A stretch of DNA of 64,000 nt from Auanema rhodensis (GCA_964057225.1 OZ059898.1:15996001-16060000); one strand, 5' to 3'. Counted from the stretch's first letter, positions 11,001 to 25,200 are shown. A program made the numbers and translations. The notes: generated by a model not told the origin, from the sequence alone.

Positions 11001-14000
11001 TTGCATCGACTTGTTTTTAAAAATTTTGACCACTGAGCGGATCGAACGCCCAACCTTTCGATCTGGAGTCGAACGCGCTACCATTGCGCCAAGCAGTCAT
11101 ATTAGGGTTGCTTCCAAAGTGTTTCATAACTGCAAATCTGAGATGCTTCATGAACATACAAGTTGGAACAGAGTAAAAGTGTTTCATAACTGCAAATCTG
11201 AGATGCTTCATGAACATAAAAGTTGGAACAGAGTAAAATGAAGTTGCATCGACTTGTTTTTAAAAATTTTGACCACTGAGCGGATCGAACGCCCAACCTT
11301 TCGATCTGGAGTCGAACGCGCTACCATTGCGCCAAGCAGTCATATTAGGGTTGCTTCCAAAGTGTTTCATAACTGCAAATCTGAGATGCTTCATGAACAT
11401 AAAAGTTGGAACAGAGTAAAACTGTTTCATAACTGCAAATCTGAGATGCTTCATGAACATAAAAGTTGGAACAGAGTAAAAGTGTTTCATAACTGCAAAT
11501 CTGAGATGCTTCATGAACATACAAGTTGGAACAGAGTAAAAGTGTTTCATAACTGCAAATCTGAGATGCTTCATGAACATAAAAGTTGGAACAGAGTAAA
11601 ATGAAGTTGCATCGACTTGTTTTTAAAAATTTTGACCACTGAGCGGATCGAACGCCCAACCTTTCGATCTGGAGTCGAACGCGCTACCATTGCGCCAAGC
11701 AGTCATATTAGGGTTGCTTCCAAAGTGTTTCATAACTGCAAATCTGAGATGCTTCATGAACATACAAGTTGGAACAGAGTAAAAGTGTTTCATAACTACA
11801 AATCTGAGATGCTTCATGAACATAAAAGTTGAAACAGAGTAAAATGAAGTTGCATCGACTTGTTTTTAAAAATTTTGACCACTGAGCGGATCGAACGCCC
11901 AACCTTTCGATCTGGAGTCGAACGCGCTACCATTGCGCCAAGCAGTCATATTAGGGTTGCTTCCAAAGTGTTTCATAACTGCAAATCTGAGATGCTTCAT
12001 GAACATAAAAGTTGGAACAGAGTAAAATGAAGTTGCATCGACTTGTTTTTAAAAATTTTGACCACTGAGCGGATCGAACGCCCAACCTTTCGATCTGGAG
12101 TCGAACGCGCTACCATTGCGCCAAGCAGTCATATTAGGGTTGCTTCCAAAGTGTTTCATAACTGCAAATCTGAGATGCTTCATGAACATACAAGTTGGAA
12201 CAGAGTAAAAGTGTTTCATAACTGCAAATCTGAGATGCTTCATGAACATAAAAGTTGGAACAGAGTAAAATGAAGTTGCATCGACTTGTTTTTAAAAATT
12301 TTGACCACTGAGCGGATCGAACGCCCAACCTTTCGATCTGGAGTCGAACGCGCTACCATTGCGCCAAGCAGTCATATTAGGGTTGCTTCCAAAGTGTTTC
12401 ATAACTGCAAATCTGAGATGCTTCATGAACATAAAAGTTGGAACAGAGTAAAACTGTTTCATAACTGCAAATCTGAGATGCTTCATGAACATAAAAGTTG
12501 GAACAGAGTAAAAGTGTTTCATAACTGCAAATCTGAGATGCTTCATGAACATACAAGTTGGAACAGAGTAAAAGTGTTTCATAACTGCAAATCTGAGATG
12601 CTTCATGAACATAAAAGTTGGAACAGAGTAAAATGAAGTTGCATCGACTTGTTTTTAAAAATTTTGACCACTGAGCGGATCGAACGCCCAACCTTTCGAT
12701 CTGGAGTCGAACGCGCTACCATTGCGCCAAGCAGTCATATTAGGGTTGCTTCCAAAGTGTTTCATAACTGCAAATCTGAGATGCTTCATGAACATAAAAG
12801 TTGGAACAGAGTAAAACTGTTTCATAACTGCAAATCTGAGATGCTTCATGAACATACAAGTTGGAACAGAGTAAAAGTGTTTCATAACTGCAAATCTGAG
12901 ATGCTTCATGAACATAAAAGTTGGAACAGAGTAAAAGTGTTTCATAACTGCAAATCTGAGATGCTTCATGAACATAAAAGTTGGAACAGAGTAAAATGAA
13001 GTTGCATCGACTTGTTTTTAAAAATTTTGACCACTGAGCGGATCGAACGCCCAACCTTTCGATCTGGAGTCGAACGCGCTACCATTGCGCCAAGCAGTCA
13101 TATTAGGGTTGCTTCCAAAGTGTTTCATAACTGCAAATCTGAGATGCTTCATGAACTTACAAGTTGGAACAGAGTAAAAGTGTTTCATAACTGCAAATCT
13201 GAGATGCTTCATGAACATAAAAGTTGGAACAGAGTAAAAGTGTTTCATAACTGCAAATCTGAGATGCTTCATGAAAATAAAAGTTGGAACAGAGTAAAAG
13301 TGTTTCATAACTACAAATCTGAGATGCTTCATGAACATAAAAGTTGGAACAGAGTAAAATGAAGTTGCATCGACTTGTTTTTAAAAATTTTGACCACTGA
13401 GCGGATCGAACGCCCAACCTCTCGATCTGGAGTCGAACGCGCTACCATTGCGCCAAGCAGTCATATTAGGGTTGCTTCCAAAGTGTTTCATAACTGCAAA
13501 TCTGAGATGCTTCATGAACATACAAGTTGGAACAGAGTAAAAGTGTTTCATAACTGCAAATCTGAGATGCTTCATGAACATAAAAGTTGGAACAGAGTAA
13601 AATGAAGTTGCATCGACTTGTTTTTAAAAATTTTGACCACTGAGCGGATCGAACGCCCAACCTTTCGAACTGGAGTCGAACGCGCTACCATTGCGCCAAG
13701 CAGTCATATTAGGGTTGCTTCCAAAGTGTTTCATAACTGCAAATCTGAGATGCTTCATGAACATAAAAGTTGGAACAGAGTAAAAGTGTTTCATAACTGC
13801 AAATCTGAGATGCTTCATGAACATAAAAGTTGGAACAGAGTAAAATGAAGTTGCATCGACTTGTTTTTAAAAATTTTGACCACTGAGCGGATCGAACGCC
13901 CAACCTTTCGATCTGGAGTCGAACGCGCTACCATTGCGCCAAGCAGTCATATTAGGGTTGCTTCCAAAGTGTTTCATAACTGCAAATCTGAGATGCTTCA

Positions 14001-17000
14001 TGAACATACAAGTTGGAACAGAGTAAAAGTGTTTCATAACTGCAAATCTGAGATGCTTCATGAACATAAAAGTTGGAACAGAGTAAAATGAAGTTGCATC
14101 GACTTGTTTTTAAAAATTTTGACCACTGAGCGGATCGAACGCCCAACCTTTCGAACTGGAGTCGAACGCGCTACCATTGCGCCAAGCAGTCATATTAGGG
14201 TTGCTTCCAAAGTGTTTCATAACTGCAAATCTGAGATGCTTCATGAACATAAAAGTTGGAACAGAGTAAAAGTGTTTCATAACTGCAAATCTGAGATGCT
14301 TCATGAACATAAAAGTTGGAACAGAGTAAAATGAAGTTGCATCGACTTGTTTTTAAAAATTTTGACCACTGAGCGGATCGAACGCCCAACCTTTCGATCT
14401 GGAGTCGAACGCGCTACCATTGCGCCAAGCAGTCATATTAGGGTTGCTTCCAAAGTGTTTCATAACTGCAAATCTGAGATGCTTCATGAACTTACAAGTT
14501 GGAACAGAGTAAAAGTGTTTCATAACTGCAAATCTGAGATGCTTCATGAACATAAAAGTTGGAACAGAGTAAAAGTGTTTCATAACTGCAAATCTGAGAT
14601 GCTTCATGAACATAAAAGTTGGAACAGAGTAAAATGAAGTTGCATCGACTTGTTTTTAAAAATTTTGACCACTGAGCGGATCGAACGCCCAACCTCTCGA
14701 TCTGGAGTCGAACGCGCTACCATTGCGCCAAGCAGTCATATTAGGGTTGCTTCCAAAGTGTTTCATAGCTGCAAATCTGAGATGCTTCATGAACATACAA
14801 GTTGGAACAGAGTAAAAGTGTTTCATAACTGCAAATCTGAGATGCTTCATGAACATAAAAGTTGGAACAGAGTAAAATGAAGTTGCATCGACTTGTTTTT
14901 AAAAATTTTGACCACTGAGCGGATCGAACGCCCAACCTCTCGATCTGGAGTCGAACGCGCTACCATTGCGCCAAGCAGTCATATTAGGGTTGCTTCCAAA
15001 GTGTTTCATAACTGCAAATCTGAGATGCTTCATGAACATACAAGTTGGAACAGAGTAAAAGTGTTTCATAACTGCAAATCTGAGATGCTTCATGAACATA
15101 AAAGTTGGAACAGAGTAAAATGAAGTTGCATCGACTTGTTTTTAAAAATTTTGACCACTGAGCGGATCGAACGCCCAACCTTTCGAACTGGAGTCGAACG
15201 CGCTACCATTGCGCCAAGCAGTCATATTAGGGTTGCTTCCAAAGTGTTTCATAACTGCAAATCTGAGATGCTTCATGAACATAAAAGTTGGAACAGAGTA
15301 AAATGAAGTTGCATCGACTTGTTTTTAAAAATTTTGACCACTGAGCGGATCGAACGCCCAACCTCTCGATCTGGAGTCGAACGCGCTACCATTGCGCCAA
15401 GCAGTCATATTAGGGTTGCTTCCAAAGTGTTTCATAACTGCAAATCTGAGATGCTTCATGAACATACAAGTTGGAACAGAGTAAAAGTGTTTCATAACTG
15501 CAAATCTGAGATGCTTCATGAACATAAAAGTTGGAACAGAGTAAAATGAAGTTGCATCGACTTGTTTTTAAAAATTTTGACCACTGAGCGGATCGAACGC
15601 CCAACCTTTCGAACTGGAGTCGAACGCGCTACCATTGCGCCAAGCAGTCATATTAGGGTTGCTTCCAAAGTGTTTCATAACTGCAAATCTGAGATGCTTC
15701 ATGAACATAAAAGTTGGAACAGAGTAAAAGTGTTTCATAACTGCAAATCTGAGATGCTTCATGAACATAAAAGTTGGAACAGAGTAAAATGAAGTTGCAT
15801 CGACTTGTTTTTAAAAATTTTGACCACTGAGCGGATCGAACGCCCAACCTTTCGATCTGGAGTCGAACGCGCTACCATTGCGCCAAGCAGTCATATTAGG
15901 GTTGCTTCCAAAGTGTTTCATAACTGCAAATCTGAGATGCTTCATGAACATAAAAGTTGGAACAGAGTAAAAGTGTTTCATAACTGCAAATCTGAGATGC
16001 TTCATGAACATAAAAGTTGGAACAGAGTAAAATGAAGTTGCATCGACTTGTTTTTAAAAATTTTGACCACTGAGCGGATCGAACGCCCAACCTTTCGATC
16101 TGGAGTCGAACGCGCTACCATTGCGCCAAGCAGTCATATTAGGGTTGCTTCCAAAGTGTTTCATAACTGCAAATCTGAGATGCTTCATGAACATAAAAGT
16201 TGGAACAGAGTAAAATGAAGTTGCATCGACTTGTTTTTAAAAATTTTGACCACTGAGCGGATCGACCGCCCAACCTTTCGATCTGGAGTCGAACGCGCTA
16301 CCATTGCGCCAAGCAGTCATATTAGGGTCGCTTCCAAAGTGTTTCATAACTGCAAATCTGTGATGCTTCATGAACATAAAAGATAGAACAGAGTAAAATG
16401 AAGTTGCATTGACTTGTTTTTAAAAATTTTGACCACTGAGCGGATCGAACGCCCAACCTTTCGATCTGGAGTCGAACGCGCTACCATTGCGCCAAGCAGT
16501 CATATTAGGGTTGCTTCCAAAGTGTTTCATAGCTGCAAATCTGAGATGCTTCATGAACATAAAAGTTCGAACAGAGTGAAATGAAGTTGCATCGACTTGT
16601 TTTTAAAAATTTTGACCACTGAGCGGATCGAACGCCCAACCTTTCGATCTGGAGTCGAACGCGCTACCATTGCGCCAAGCAGTCATTTCATAACTGCAAA
16701 TCTGAGATGCTTCATGAACATACAAGTTGGAACAGAGTAGAAGTGTTTCATAACTGCAAATCTGAGATGCTTCATGAACATAAAAGATAGAACAGAGTAA
16801 AATGAAGTTGCATCGACTTGTTTTTAAAAATTTTGACCACTGAGCGGATCGAACGCCCAACCTTTCGATCTGGAGTCGAACGCGCTACCATTGCGCCAAG
16901 CAGTCATATTAGGGTTGCTTCCAAAGTGTTTCATAACTGCAAATCTGAGATGCTTCATGAACATACAAGTTGGAACAGAGTAAAAGTGTTTCATAACTGC

Positions 17001-18258
17001 AAATCTGAGATGCTTCATGAACATACAAGTTGGAACACAGTAAAAGTGTTTCATAACTGCAAATCTGAGATGCTTCATGAACATAAAATTTGGAACAGAG
17101 TAAAATGAAGTTGCATCGACTTGTTTTTAAAAATTTTGACCACTGAGCGGATCGAACGCCCAACCTTTCGATCTGGAGTCGAACGCGCTACCATTGCGCC
17201 AAGCAGTCATATTAGGGTTGCTTCCAAAGTGTTTCATAACTGCAAATCTGATATGCTTCATGAACATAAAAGTTGGAACAGAGTAAAAGTGTTTCATAAC
17301 TGCAAATCTGAGATGCTTCATGAACATAAAAGTTCGAACAGAGTGAAATGAAGTTGCATCGACTTGTTTTTAAAAATTTTGACCACTGAGCGGATCGAAC
17401 GCCCAACCTTTCGATCTGGAGTCGAACGCGCTACCATTGCGCCAAGCAGTCATATTAGGGTTGCTTCCAAAGTGTTTCATAACTGCAAATCTGTGATGCT
17501 TCATGAACATAAAAGATAGAACAGAGTAAAATGAAGTTGAATCGACTTGTTTTTAAAAATTTTGACCACTGAGCGGATCGAACGCCCAACCTTTCGATCT
17601 GGAGTCGAACGCGCTACCATTGCGCCAAACAGTCATATTAGGGTCGCTTCCAAAGTGTTTCATAACTGCAAATCTGAGATGCTTCATAAACATACAAGTT
17701 GGAACATAGTAAAAGTGTTTCATAACTGCAAATCTGAGATGCTTCATGAACATACAAGTTGGAACAGAGTAAAAGTGTTTCATAACTGTAAATCTGAGAT
17801 GCTTCATGAACATAAAAGATAGAACAGAGTAAAATGAAGTTGCATCGACTTGTTTTTAAAAATTTTGACCACTGAGCGGATCGAACGCCCAACCTTTCGA
17901 TCTGGAGTCGAACGCGCTACCATTGCGCCAAGCAGTCATATTAGGGTTGCTTCCAAAGTGTTTCATAACTGCAAATCTGATATGCTTCATGAATATACAA
18001 GTTGGAACAGAGTAAAAGTGTTTCATAACTGCAAATCTGAGATGCTTCATGAACATAAAAGATAGAACAGAGTAAAATGAAGTTGCATTGACTTGTTTTT
18101 AAAAATTTTGACCACTGAGCGGATCGAACGCCCAACCTTTCGATCTGGAGTCGAACGCGCTACCATTGCGCCAAGCAGTCATATTAGGGTTGCTTCCAAA
18201 GTGTTTCATAGCTGCAAATCTGAGATGCTTCATGAACATAAAAGTTCGAACAGAGTGA
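5091..18258 (-). repeat. tRNA-Trp tandem array, segment B (about 49 tRNA copies)
   Basis: Same 123+60n units; first tRNA 5147-5218, last 18109-18180; 1032-bp higher-order repeat at about 9550-12650. Confidence 0.97.
6842..6913 (-). tRNA. tRNA-Trp variant with UCA anticodon (candidate opal suppressor), otherwise intact
   Basis: Plus strand has atctgaagtc instead of atctggagtc (tga at 6879-6881); the rest of the cloverleaf, A/B boxes and terminator equal the consensus. Confidence 0.85.
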
Positions 18259-18781
18259 CGTTCCATTCGGACTCCCCATAAATGTAGCTGAAGGGTTAGA
18301 GCCGGACGACCAGAGGACCGAGGAATGGCTCCGCATCAAACATAAAATGGAGATACACGAACCATTAAAATTATATCAAGATTTAGCCTATAAGCCAAAA
18401 CTCCTTCTCCATCGTACTCAACGATGGATTCGTATAATTTCCACAGGACTTAAGTCATGCCAGTGGGATTATAACGTTGGAAATCCATTTTTTTCTTTCT
18501 ATCTTTTCTTTTCTTTTGTTTCTAACCTTAAAATAAATGTCCAAAGGCCGCAAAAGTACAAAGGGGACGACATGAATAAAGTTTTTTTTAAAGATTCTAG
18601 AGCAGTAAGAAAACAAAATTAGAGGAAAGTGCAAGAGCGGATAAAAATAGTTTTTGCGAAGAGATAAACATCATTAACTATAATAAGCTTACGGTAGATA
18701 GGCGGAGTCAGATTCCTGGCCAGGATTTGAAAAACTCCCTCTCATTTACCCTCCGCATCGCCCAGCAAAGCATGACTATCC

Positions 18782-19207
18782 TATTGCTCCCGAATCTTTC
18801 TCTCTCCCAACACACATCTAAAAGAATCTAACGCACCTTGCGTCAACATCCCACATGTAGCTCACCATTCTCGGTTTTTCCAAACCAAAAGTCCTACAAA
18901 GGTGGCCAAAAGATTCTCATCGGCTTTCCGAGCCCTTTACCCGTCCGATATCAACAGTGACGCTACTGTCGCAAGTCGTACCGGAAGCCGTACCCGACTT
19001 CTCAGTGTTCAAATAGAAAAACCGCACCAACCAGACGAGAAGCCGAAGCCGCAAGTCGACAAATTCTATACTCCCCGAGAAGGCACATATTCACCTTCTG
19101 ACGACACCGACGAAGATCCGGACTTCATCATAGCCGACGACAGAAAAAACTTTATATACATTCTTTTCTTTTCTGTAAATTGTAAAATGAAAGTAACGGT
19201 GAATTAG
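18782..19207 (+). pseudogene. Accessory ORF remnant of element 2, homologous to 3480-3959
   Basis: IPHVAHHSRFFQTKSPTKVAKRF and KFYTPREGTYSP; open frame with no ATG before the conserved block. Confidence 0.55.
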
Positions 19208-19826
19208 AAAATTTTTGATGAGAGATTAAGGAAGTAAACAAACAAAAATAAGGAACAAGCAAAAATATAATAGAAATAAATGGCTACCGTAACCCTATAC
19301 GACCGATAGAGATATTATTTTGCGCTAAACTGAGCTCCATATGTATCTCCAAGAAGAGACGAACATTGGCAGGCGCCTAAGCCACACCCCATCTGAGTGG
19401 TAGCCTCCATTAGTACTCAAGGATTCATTCAGAGAGACACATGAAGACGAAAAAAATTAATAACTAAAAATCTTTATCCCCATTCATTAGGATACGAGTA
19501 ACCATATACGCAAAAAGTTGAATAATTCCTTATTATCTCACATAAATCACACATTCATGAAACAAAGAAATATTTTTATTACAGCACTGCAATGACTAAA
19601 TTTATTTTCTAATCCTCCGTTACAAAATAACATGAAACCTATTATTGTATTTAAATTCTATCTTAATACCATAAAGAAACCTATTAAAACTATTTAAATA
19701 TCTTTCTACATGTAGATTTTAAAACTTTTGAATTTTTTTTGTAAACTCCTATACTCTAAAACTCAGCTACATATACACTAAAAACTCTTTATATCGCGCG
19801 GACGCGAAAAATCTTTGAAAAGGTCA

Positions 19827-20171
19827 CGTTCCATTCGGACTCCCCATAAATGTAGCTGAAGGGTTAGAGCCGGACGACCAGAGGACCGAGGAATGGCTCC
19901 GCCTTCCCTCGTTCCCTTGGTCGGGAGTTCGCCTCTTAGCAAGCTCATGGACGGCTTGTAGTTTAGTCTTTATACTTATATTTATCTTATTGTATTGTAT
20001 CTTTATCTTTGTATATTATTGTTGTAGTTTCATGCCAATAAATCTTTCTCTCTTTTATCTTATGATTGACCTTATGCTCTTTATTCCTTACCGCTACACC
20101 AAGGAATACTATGCGCGTCATAGTATAAACTATGATGGTTTATATTATCGACGCAGGAGCATAACGGAACG
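19827..20171 (+). repeat. 3' LTR of element 2
   Basis: First 76 bp repeat 18259-18334; shares start, end and internal blocks (ttatgctctttat, taccgctaca, gaatactat) with the element 1 LTR; preceded by hairpin TCGCG-CGGA-CGCGA at 19794-19807. Confidence 0.9.
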
Positions 20172-23100
20172 GTGAAATGAAGTTGCATCGACTTGTTTTT
20201 AAAAATTTTGACCACTGAGCGGATCGAACGCCCAACCTTTCGATCTGGAGTCGAACGCGCTACCATTGCGCCAAGCAGTCATATTAGGGTTGCTTCCAAA
20301 GTGTTTCATAACTGCAAATCTGATATGCTTCATCAACATAAAAGTTGGAACAGAGTAAAAGTGTTTCATAACTGCAAATCTGAGATGCTTCATGAACATA
20401 AAAGTTCGAACAGAGTGAAATGAAGTTGCATCGACTTGTTTTTAAAAATTTTGACCACTGAGCGGATCGAACGCCCAACCTTTCGATCTGGAGTCGAACG
20501 CGCTACCATTGCGCCAAGCAGTCATATTAGGGTTGCTTCCAAAGTGTTTCATAACTGCAAATCTGATATGCTTCATGAACATAAAAGTTGGAACAGAGTA
20601 AAAGTGTTTCATAACTGCAAATCTGAGATGCTTCATAAACATACAAGTTGGAACAGAGTGAAAGTGTTTCATAACTGCAAATCTGTGATACTCCATGAAC
20701 ATAAAAGATAGAACAGAGTAAAATGAAGTTGCATCGACTTGTTTTTAAAAATTTTGACCACTGAGCGGATCGAACGCCCAACCTTTCGATCTGGAGTCGA
20801 ACGCGCTACCATTGCGCCAAGCAGTCATATTAGGGTTGCTTCCAAAGTGTTTCATAACTGCAAATCTGAGATGCTTCATGAACATACAAGTTGGAACAGA
20901 GTAAAAGTGTTTCATAACTGCAAATCTGAGATGCTTCATGAACATAAAAGATAGAACAGAGTAAAATGAAGTTGCATTGACTTGTTTTTAAAAATTTTGA
21001 CCACTGAGCGGATCGAACGCCCAACCTTTCGATCTGGAGTCGAACGCGCTACCATTGCGCCAAGCAGTCATATTAGGGTTGCTTCCAAAGTGTTTCATAG
21101 CTGCAAATCTGAGATGCTTCATGAACATAAAAGTTCGAACAGAGTGAAATGAAGTTGCATCGACTTGTTTTTAAAAATTTTGACCACTGAGCGGATCGAA
21201 CGCCCAACCTTTCGATCTGGAGTCGAACGCGCTACCATTGCGCCAAGCAGTCATATTAGGGTTGCTTCCAAAGTGTTTCATAACTGCAAATCTGAGATGC
21301 TTCATGAACATACAAGTTGGAACAGAGTAAAAGTGTTTCATAACTGCAAATCTGAGATGCTTCATGAACATACAAGTTGGAACACAGTAAAAGTGTTTCA
21401 TAACTGCAAATCTGAGATGCTTCATGAACATAAAATTTGGAACAGAGTAAAATGAAGTTGCATCGACTTGTTTTTAAAAATTTTGACCACTGAGCGGATC
21501 GAACGCCCAACCTTTCGATCTGGAGTCGAACGCGCTACCATTGCGCCAAGCAGTCATATTAGGGTCGCTTCCAAAGTGTTTCATAACTGCAAATCTGTGA
21601 TGCTTCATGAACATAAGAGATAGAACAGAGTAAAATGAAGTTGAATCGACTTGTTTTTAAAAATTTTGACCACTGAGCGGATCGAACGCCCAACCTTTCG
21701 ATCTGGAGTCGAACGCGCTACCATTGCGCCAAACAGTCATATTAGGGTCGCTTCCAAAGTGTTTCATAACTGCAAATCTGAGATGCTTCATAAACATACA
21801 AGTTGGAACATAGTTAAAGTGTTTCATAACTGCAAATCTGAGATGCTTCATGAACATACAAGTTGGAACAGAGTAAAAGTGTTTCATAACTGCAAATCTG
21901 AGATGCTTCATGAACATAAAATTTGGAACAGAGTAAAATGAAGTTGCATCGACTTGTTTTTAAAAATTTTGACCACTGAGCGGATCGAACGCCCAACCTT
22001 TCGATCTGGAGTCGAACGCGCTACCATTGCGCCAAGCAGTCATATTAGGGTTGCTTCCAAAGTGTTTCATAACTGCAAATCTGATATGCTTCATGAACAT
22101 AAAAGTTGGAACAGAGTAAAAGTGTTTCATAACTGCAAATCTGAGATGCTTCATAAACATACAAGTTGGAACAGAGTGAAAGTGTTTCATAACTGCAAAT
22201 CTGTGATACTCCATGAACATAAAATTTGGAACAGAGTAAAATGAAGTTGCATCGACTTGTTTTTAAAAATTTTGACCACTGAGCGGATCGAACGCCCAAC
22301 CTTTCGATCTGGAGTCGAACGCGCTACCATTGCGCCAAGCAGTCATATTAGGGTTGCTTCCAAAGTGTTTCATAACTGCAAATCTGAGATGCTTCATGAA
22401 CATACAAGTTGGAACAGAGTAGAAGTGTTTCATAACTGCAAATCTGAGATGCTTCATGAACATAAAAGATAGAACAGAGTAAAATGAAGTTGCATCGACT
22501 TGTTTTTAAAAATTTTGACCACTGAGCGGATCGAACGCCCAACCTTTCGATCTGGAGTCGAACGCGCTACCATTGCGCCAAGCAGTCATATTAGGGTCGC
22601 TTCCAAAGTGTTTCATAACTGCAAATCTGAGATGCTTCATAAACATACAAGTTGGAACAGAGTAAAAGTGTTTCATAACTGCAAATCTGAGATGCTTCAT
22701 GAACATACAAGTTGGAACACAGTAAAAGTGTTTCATAACTGCAAATCTGAGATGCTTCATGAACATAAAATTTGGAACAGAGTAAAATGAAGTTGCATCG
22801 ACTTGTTTTTAAAAATTTTGACCACTGAGCGGATCGAACGCCCAACCTTTCGATCTGGAGTCGAACGCGCTACCATTGCGCCAAGCAGTCATATTAGGGT
22901 CGATTCCAAAGTGTTTCATAACTGCAAATCTGAGATGCTTCATAAACATACAAGTTGGAACAGAGTGAAAGTGTTTCATAACTGCAAATCTGTGATGCTT
23001 CATGAACATAAAAGATAGAACAGAGTAAAATGAAGTTGCATCGACTTGTTTTTAAAAATTTTGACCACTGAGCGGATCGAACGCCCAACCTTTCGATCTG

Positions 23101-25200
23101 GAGTCGAACGCGCTACCATTGCGCCAAGCAGTCATATTAGGGTCGCTTCCAAAGTGTTTCATAACTGCAAATCTGAGATGCTTCATGAACATACAAGTTG
23201 GAACACAGTAAAAGTGTTTCATAACTGCAAATCTGAGATGCTTCATGAACATAAAATTTGGAACAGAGTAAAATGAAGTTGCATCGACTTTTTTTTAAAA
23301 TTTTGACCACTGAGCGGATCGAACGCCCAACCTTTCGATCTGGAGTCGAACGCGCTACCATTGCGCCAAGCAGTCATATTAGGGTCGCTTCCAAAGTGTT
23401 TCATAACTGCAAATCTGTGATGCTTCATGACCATAAAAGATAGAACAGAGTAAAATCAAGTTGCATCGACTTGTTTTTAAAAATTTTGACCACTGAGCGG
23501 ATCGAACGCCCAACCTTTCGATCTGGAGTCGAACGCGCTACCATTGCGCCAAGCAGTCATATTAGGGTCGATTCCAAAGTGTTTCATAACTGCAAATCTG
23601 AGATGCTTCATAAACATACAAGTTGGAACAGAGTGAAAGTGTTTCATAACTGCAAATCTGAGATGCTTCATAAACATACAAGTTGGAACAGAGTGAAAGT
23701 GTTTCATAACTGCAAATCTGTGATACTCCATGAACATAAAATTTGGAACAGAGTAAAATGAAGTTGCATCGACTTGTTTTTAAAAATTTTGACCACTGAG
23801 CGGATCGAACGCCCAACCTTTCGATCTGGAGTCGAACGCGCTACCATTGCGCCAAGCAGTCATATTAGGGTTGCTTCCAAAGTGTTTCATAACTGCAAAT
23901 CTGAGATGCTTCATGAACATACAAGTTGGAACAGAGTAGAAGTGTTTCATAACTGCAAATCTGAGATGCTTCATGAACATAAAAGATAGAACAGAGTAAA
24001 ATGAAGTTGCATCGACTTGTTTTTAAAAATTTTGACCACTGAGCGGATCGAACGCCCAACCTTTCGATCTGGAGTCGAACGCGCTACCATTGCGCCAAGC
24101 AGTCATATTAGGGTCGCTTCCAAAGTGTTTCATAACTGCAAATCTGAGATGCTTCATAAACATACAAGTTGGAACAGAGTAAAAGTGTTTCATAACTGCA
24201 AATCTGAGATGCTTCATGAACATACAAGTTGGAACACAGTAAAAGTGTTTCATAACTGCAAATCTGAGATGCTTCATGAACATAAAATTTGGAACAGAGT
24301 AAAATGAAGTTGCATCGACTTGTTTTTAAAAATTTTGACCACTGAGCGGATCGAACGCCCAACCTTTCGATCTGGAGTCGAACGCGCTACCATTGCGCCA
24401 AGCAGTCATATTAGGGTCGATTCCAAAGTGTTTCATAACTGCAAATCTGAGATGCTTCATAAACATACAAGTTGGAACAGAGTGAAAGTGTTTCATAACT
24501 GCAAATCTGTGATGCTTCATGAACATAAAAGATAGAACAGAGTAAAATGAAGTTGCATCGACTTGTTTTTAAAAATTTTGACCACTGAGCGGATCGAACG
24601 CCCAACCTTTCGATCTGGAGTCGAACGCGCTACCATTGCGCCAAGCAGTCATATTAGGGTCGCTTCCAAAGTGTTTCATAACTGCAAATCTGAGATGCTT
24701 CATAAACATACAAGTTGGAACAGAGTAAAAGTGTTTCATAACTGCAAATCTGAGATGCTTCATGAACATACAAGTTGGAACAGAGTAAAAGTGTTTCATA
24801 ACTGCAAATCTGAGATGCTTCATGAACATACAAGTTGGAACACAGTAAAAGTGTTTCATAACTGCAAATCTGAGATGCTTCATGAACATAAAATTTGGAA
24901 CAGAGTAAAATGAAGTTGCATCGACTTTTTTTTAAAATTTTGACCACTGAGCGGATCGAACGCCCAACCTTTCGATCTGGAGTCGAACGCGCTACCATTG
25001 CGCCAAGCAGTCATATTAGGGTCGCTTCCAAAGTGTTTCATAACTGCAAATCTGTGATGCTTCATGACCATAAAAGATAGAACAGAGTAAAATGAAGTTG
25101 CATCGACTTGTTTTTAAAAATTTTGACCACTGAGCGGATCGAACGCCCAACCTTTCGATCTGGAGTCGAACGCGCTACCATTGCGCCAAGCAGTCATATT
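20172..25200 (-). repeat. tRNA-Trp tandem array, segment C (about 20 tRNA copies)
   Basis: First tRNA 20209-20280, last 25124-25195; 1517-bp higher-order repeat (22257/23774, 22500/24017, 22803/24320). Confidence 0.97.
25124..25195 (-). tRNA. tRNA-Trp(CCA) whose 5' flank is replaced by the BEL/Pao LTR
   Basis: Consensus cloverleaf; the LTR begins 2-5 nt upstream of G1. Confidence 0.93.

Larger units (their letters stand above)
18259..20171 (+). mobile_element. Non-autonomous LTR retroelement 2 (related to element 1, internally deleted), 1913 bp
   Basis: Termini CGTTCC...GGAACG; 4-bp TSD GTGA (18255-18258, 20172-20175); full 3' LTR 19827-20171 (345 bp); 5' LTR matches only over 18259-18334 and the PBS is missing. 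Confidence 0.9.
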
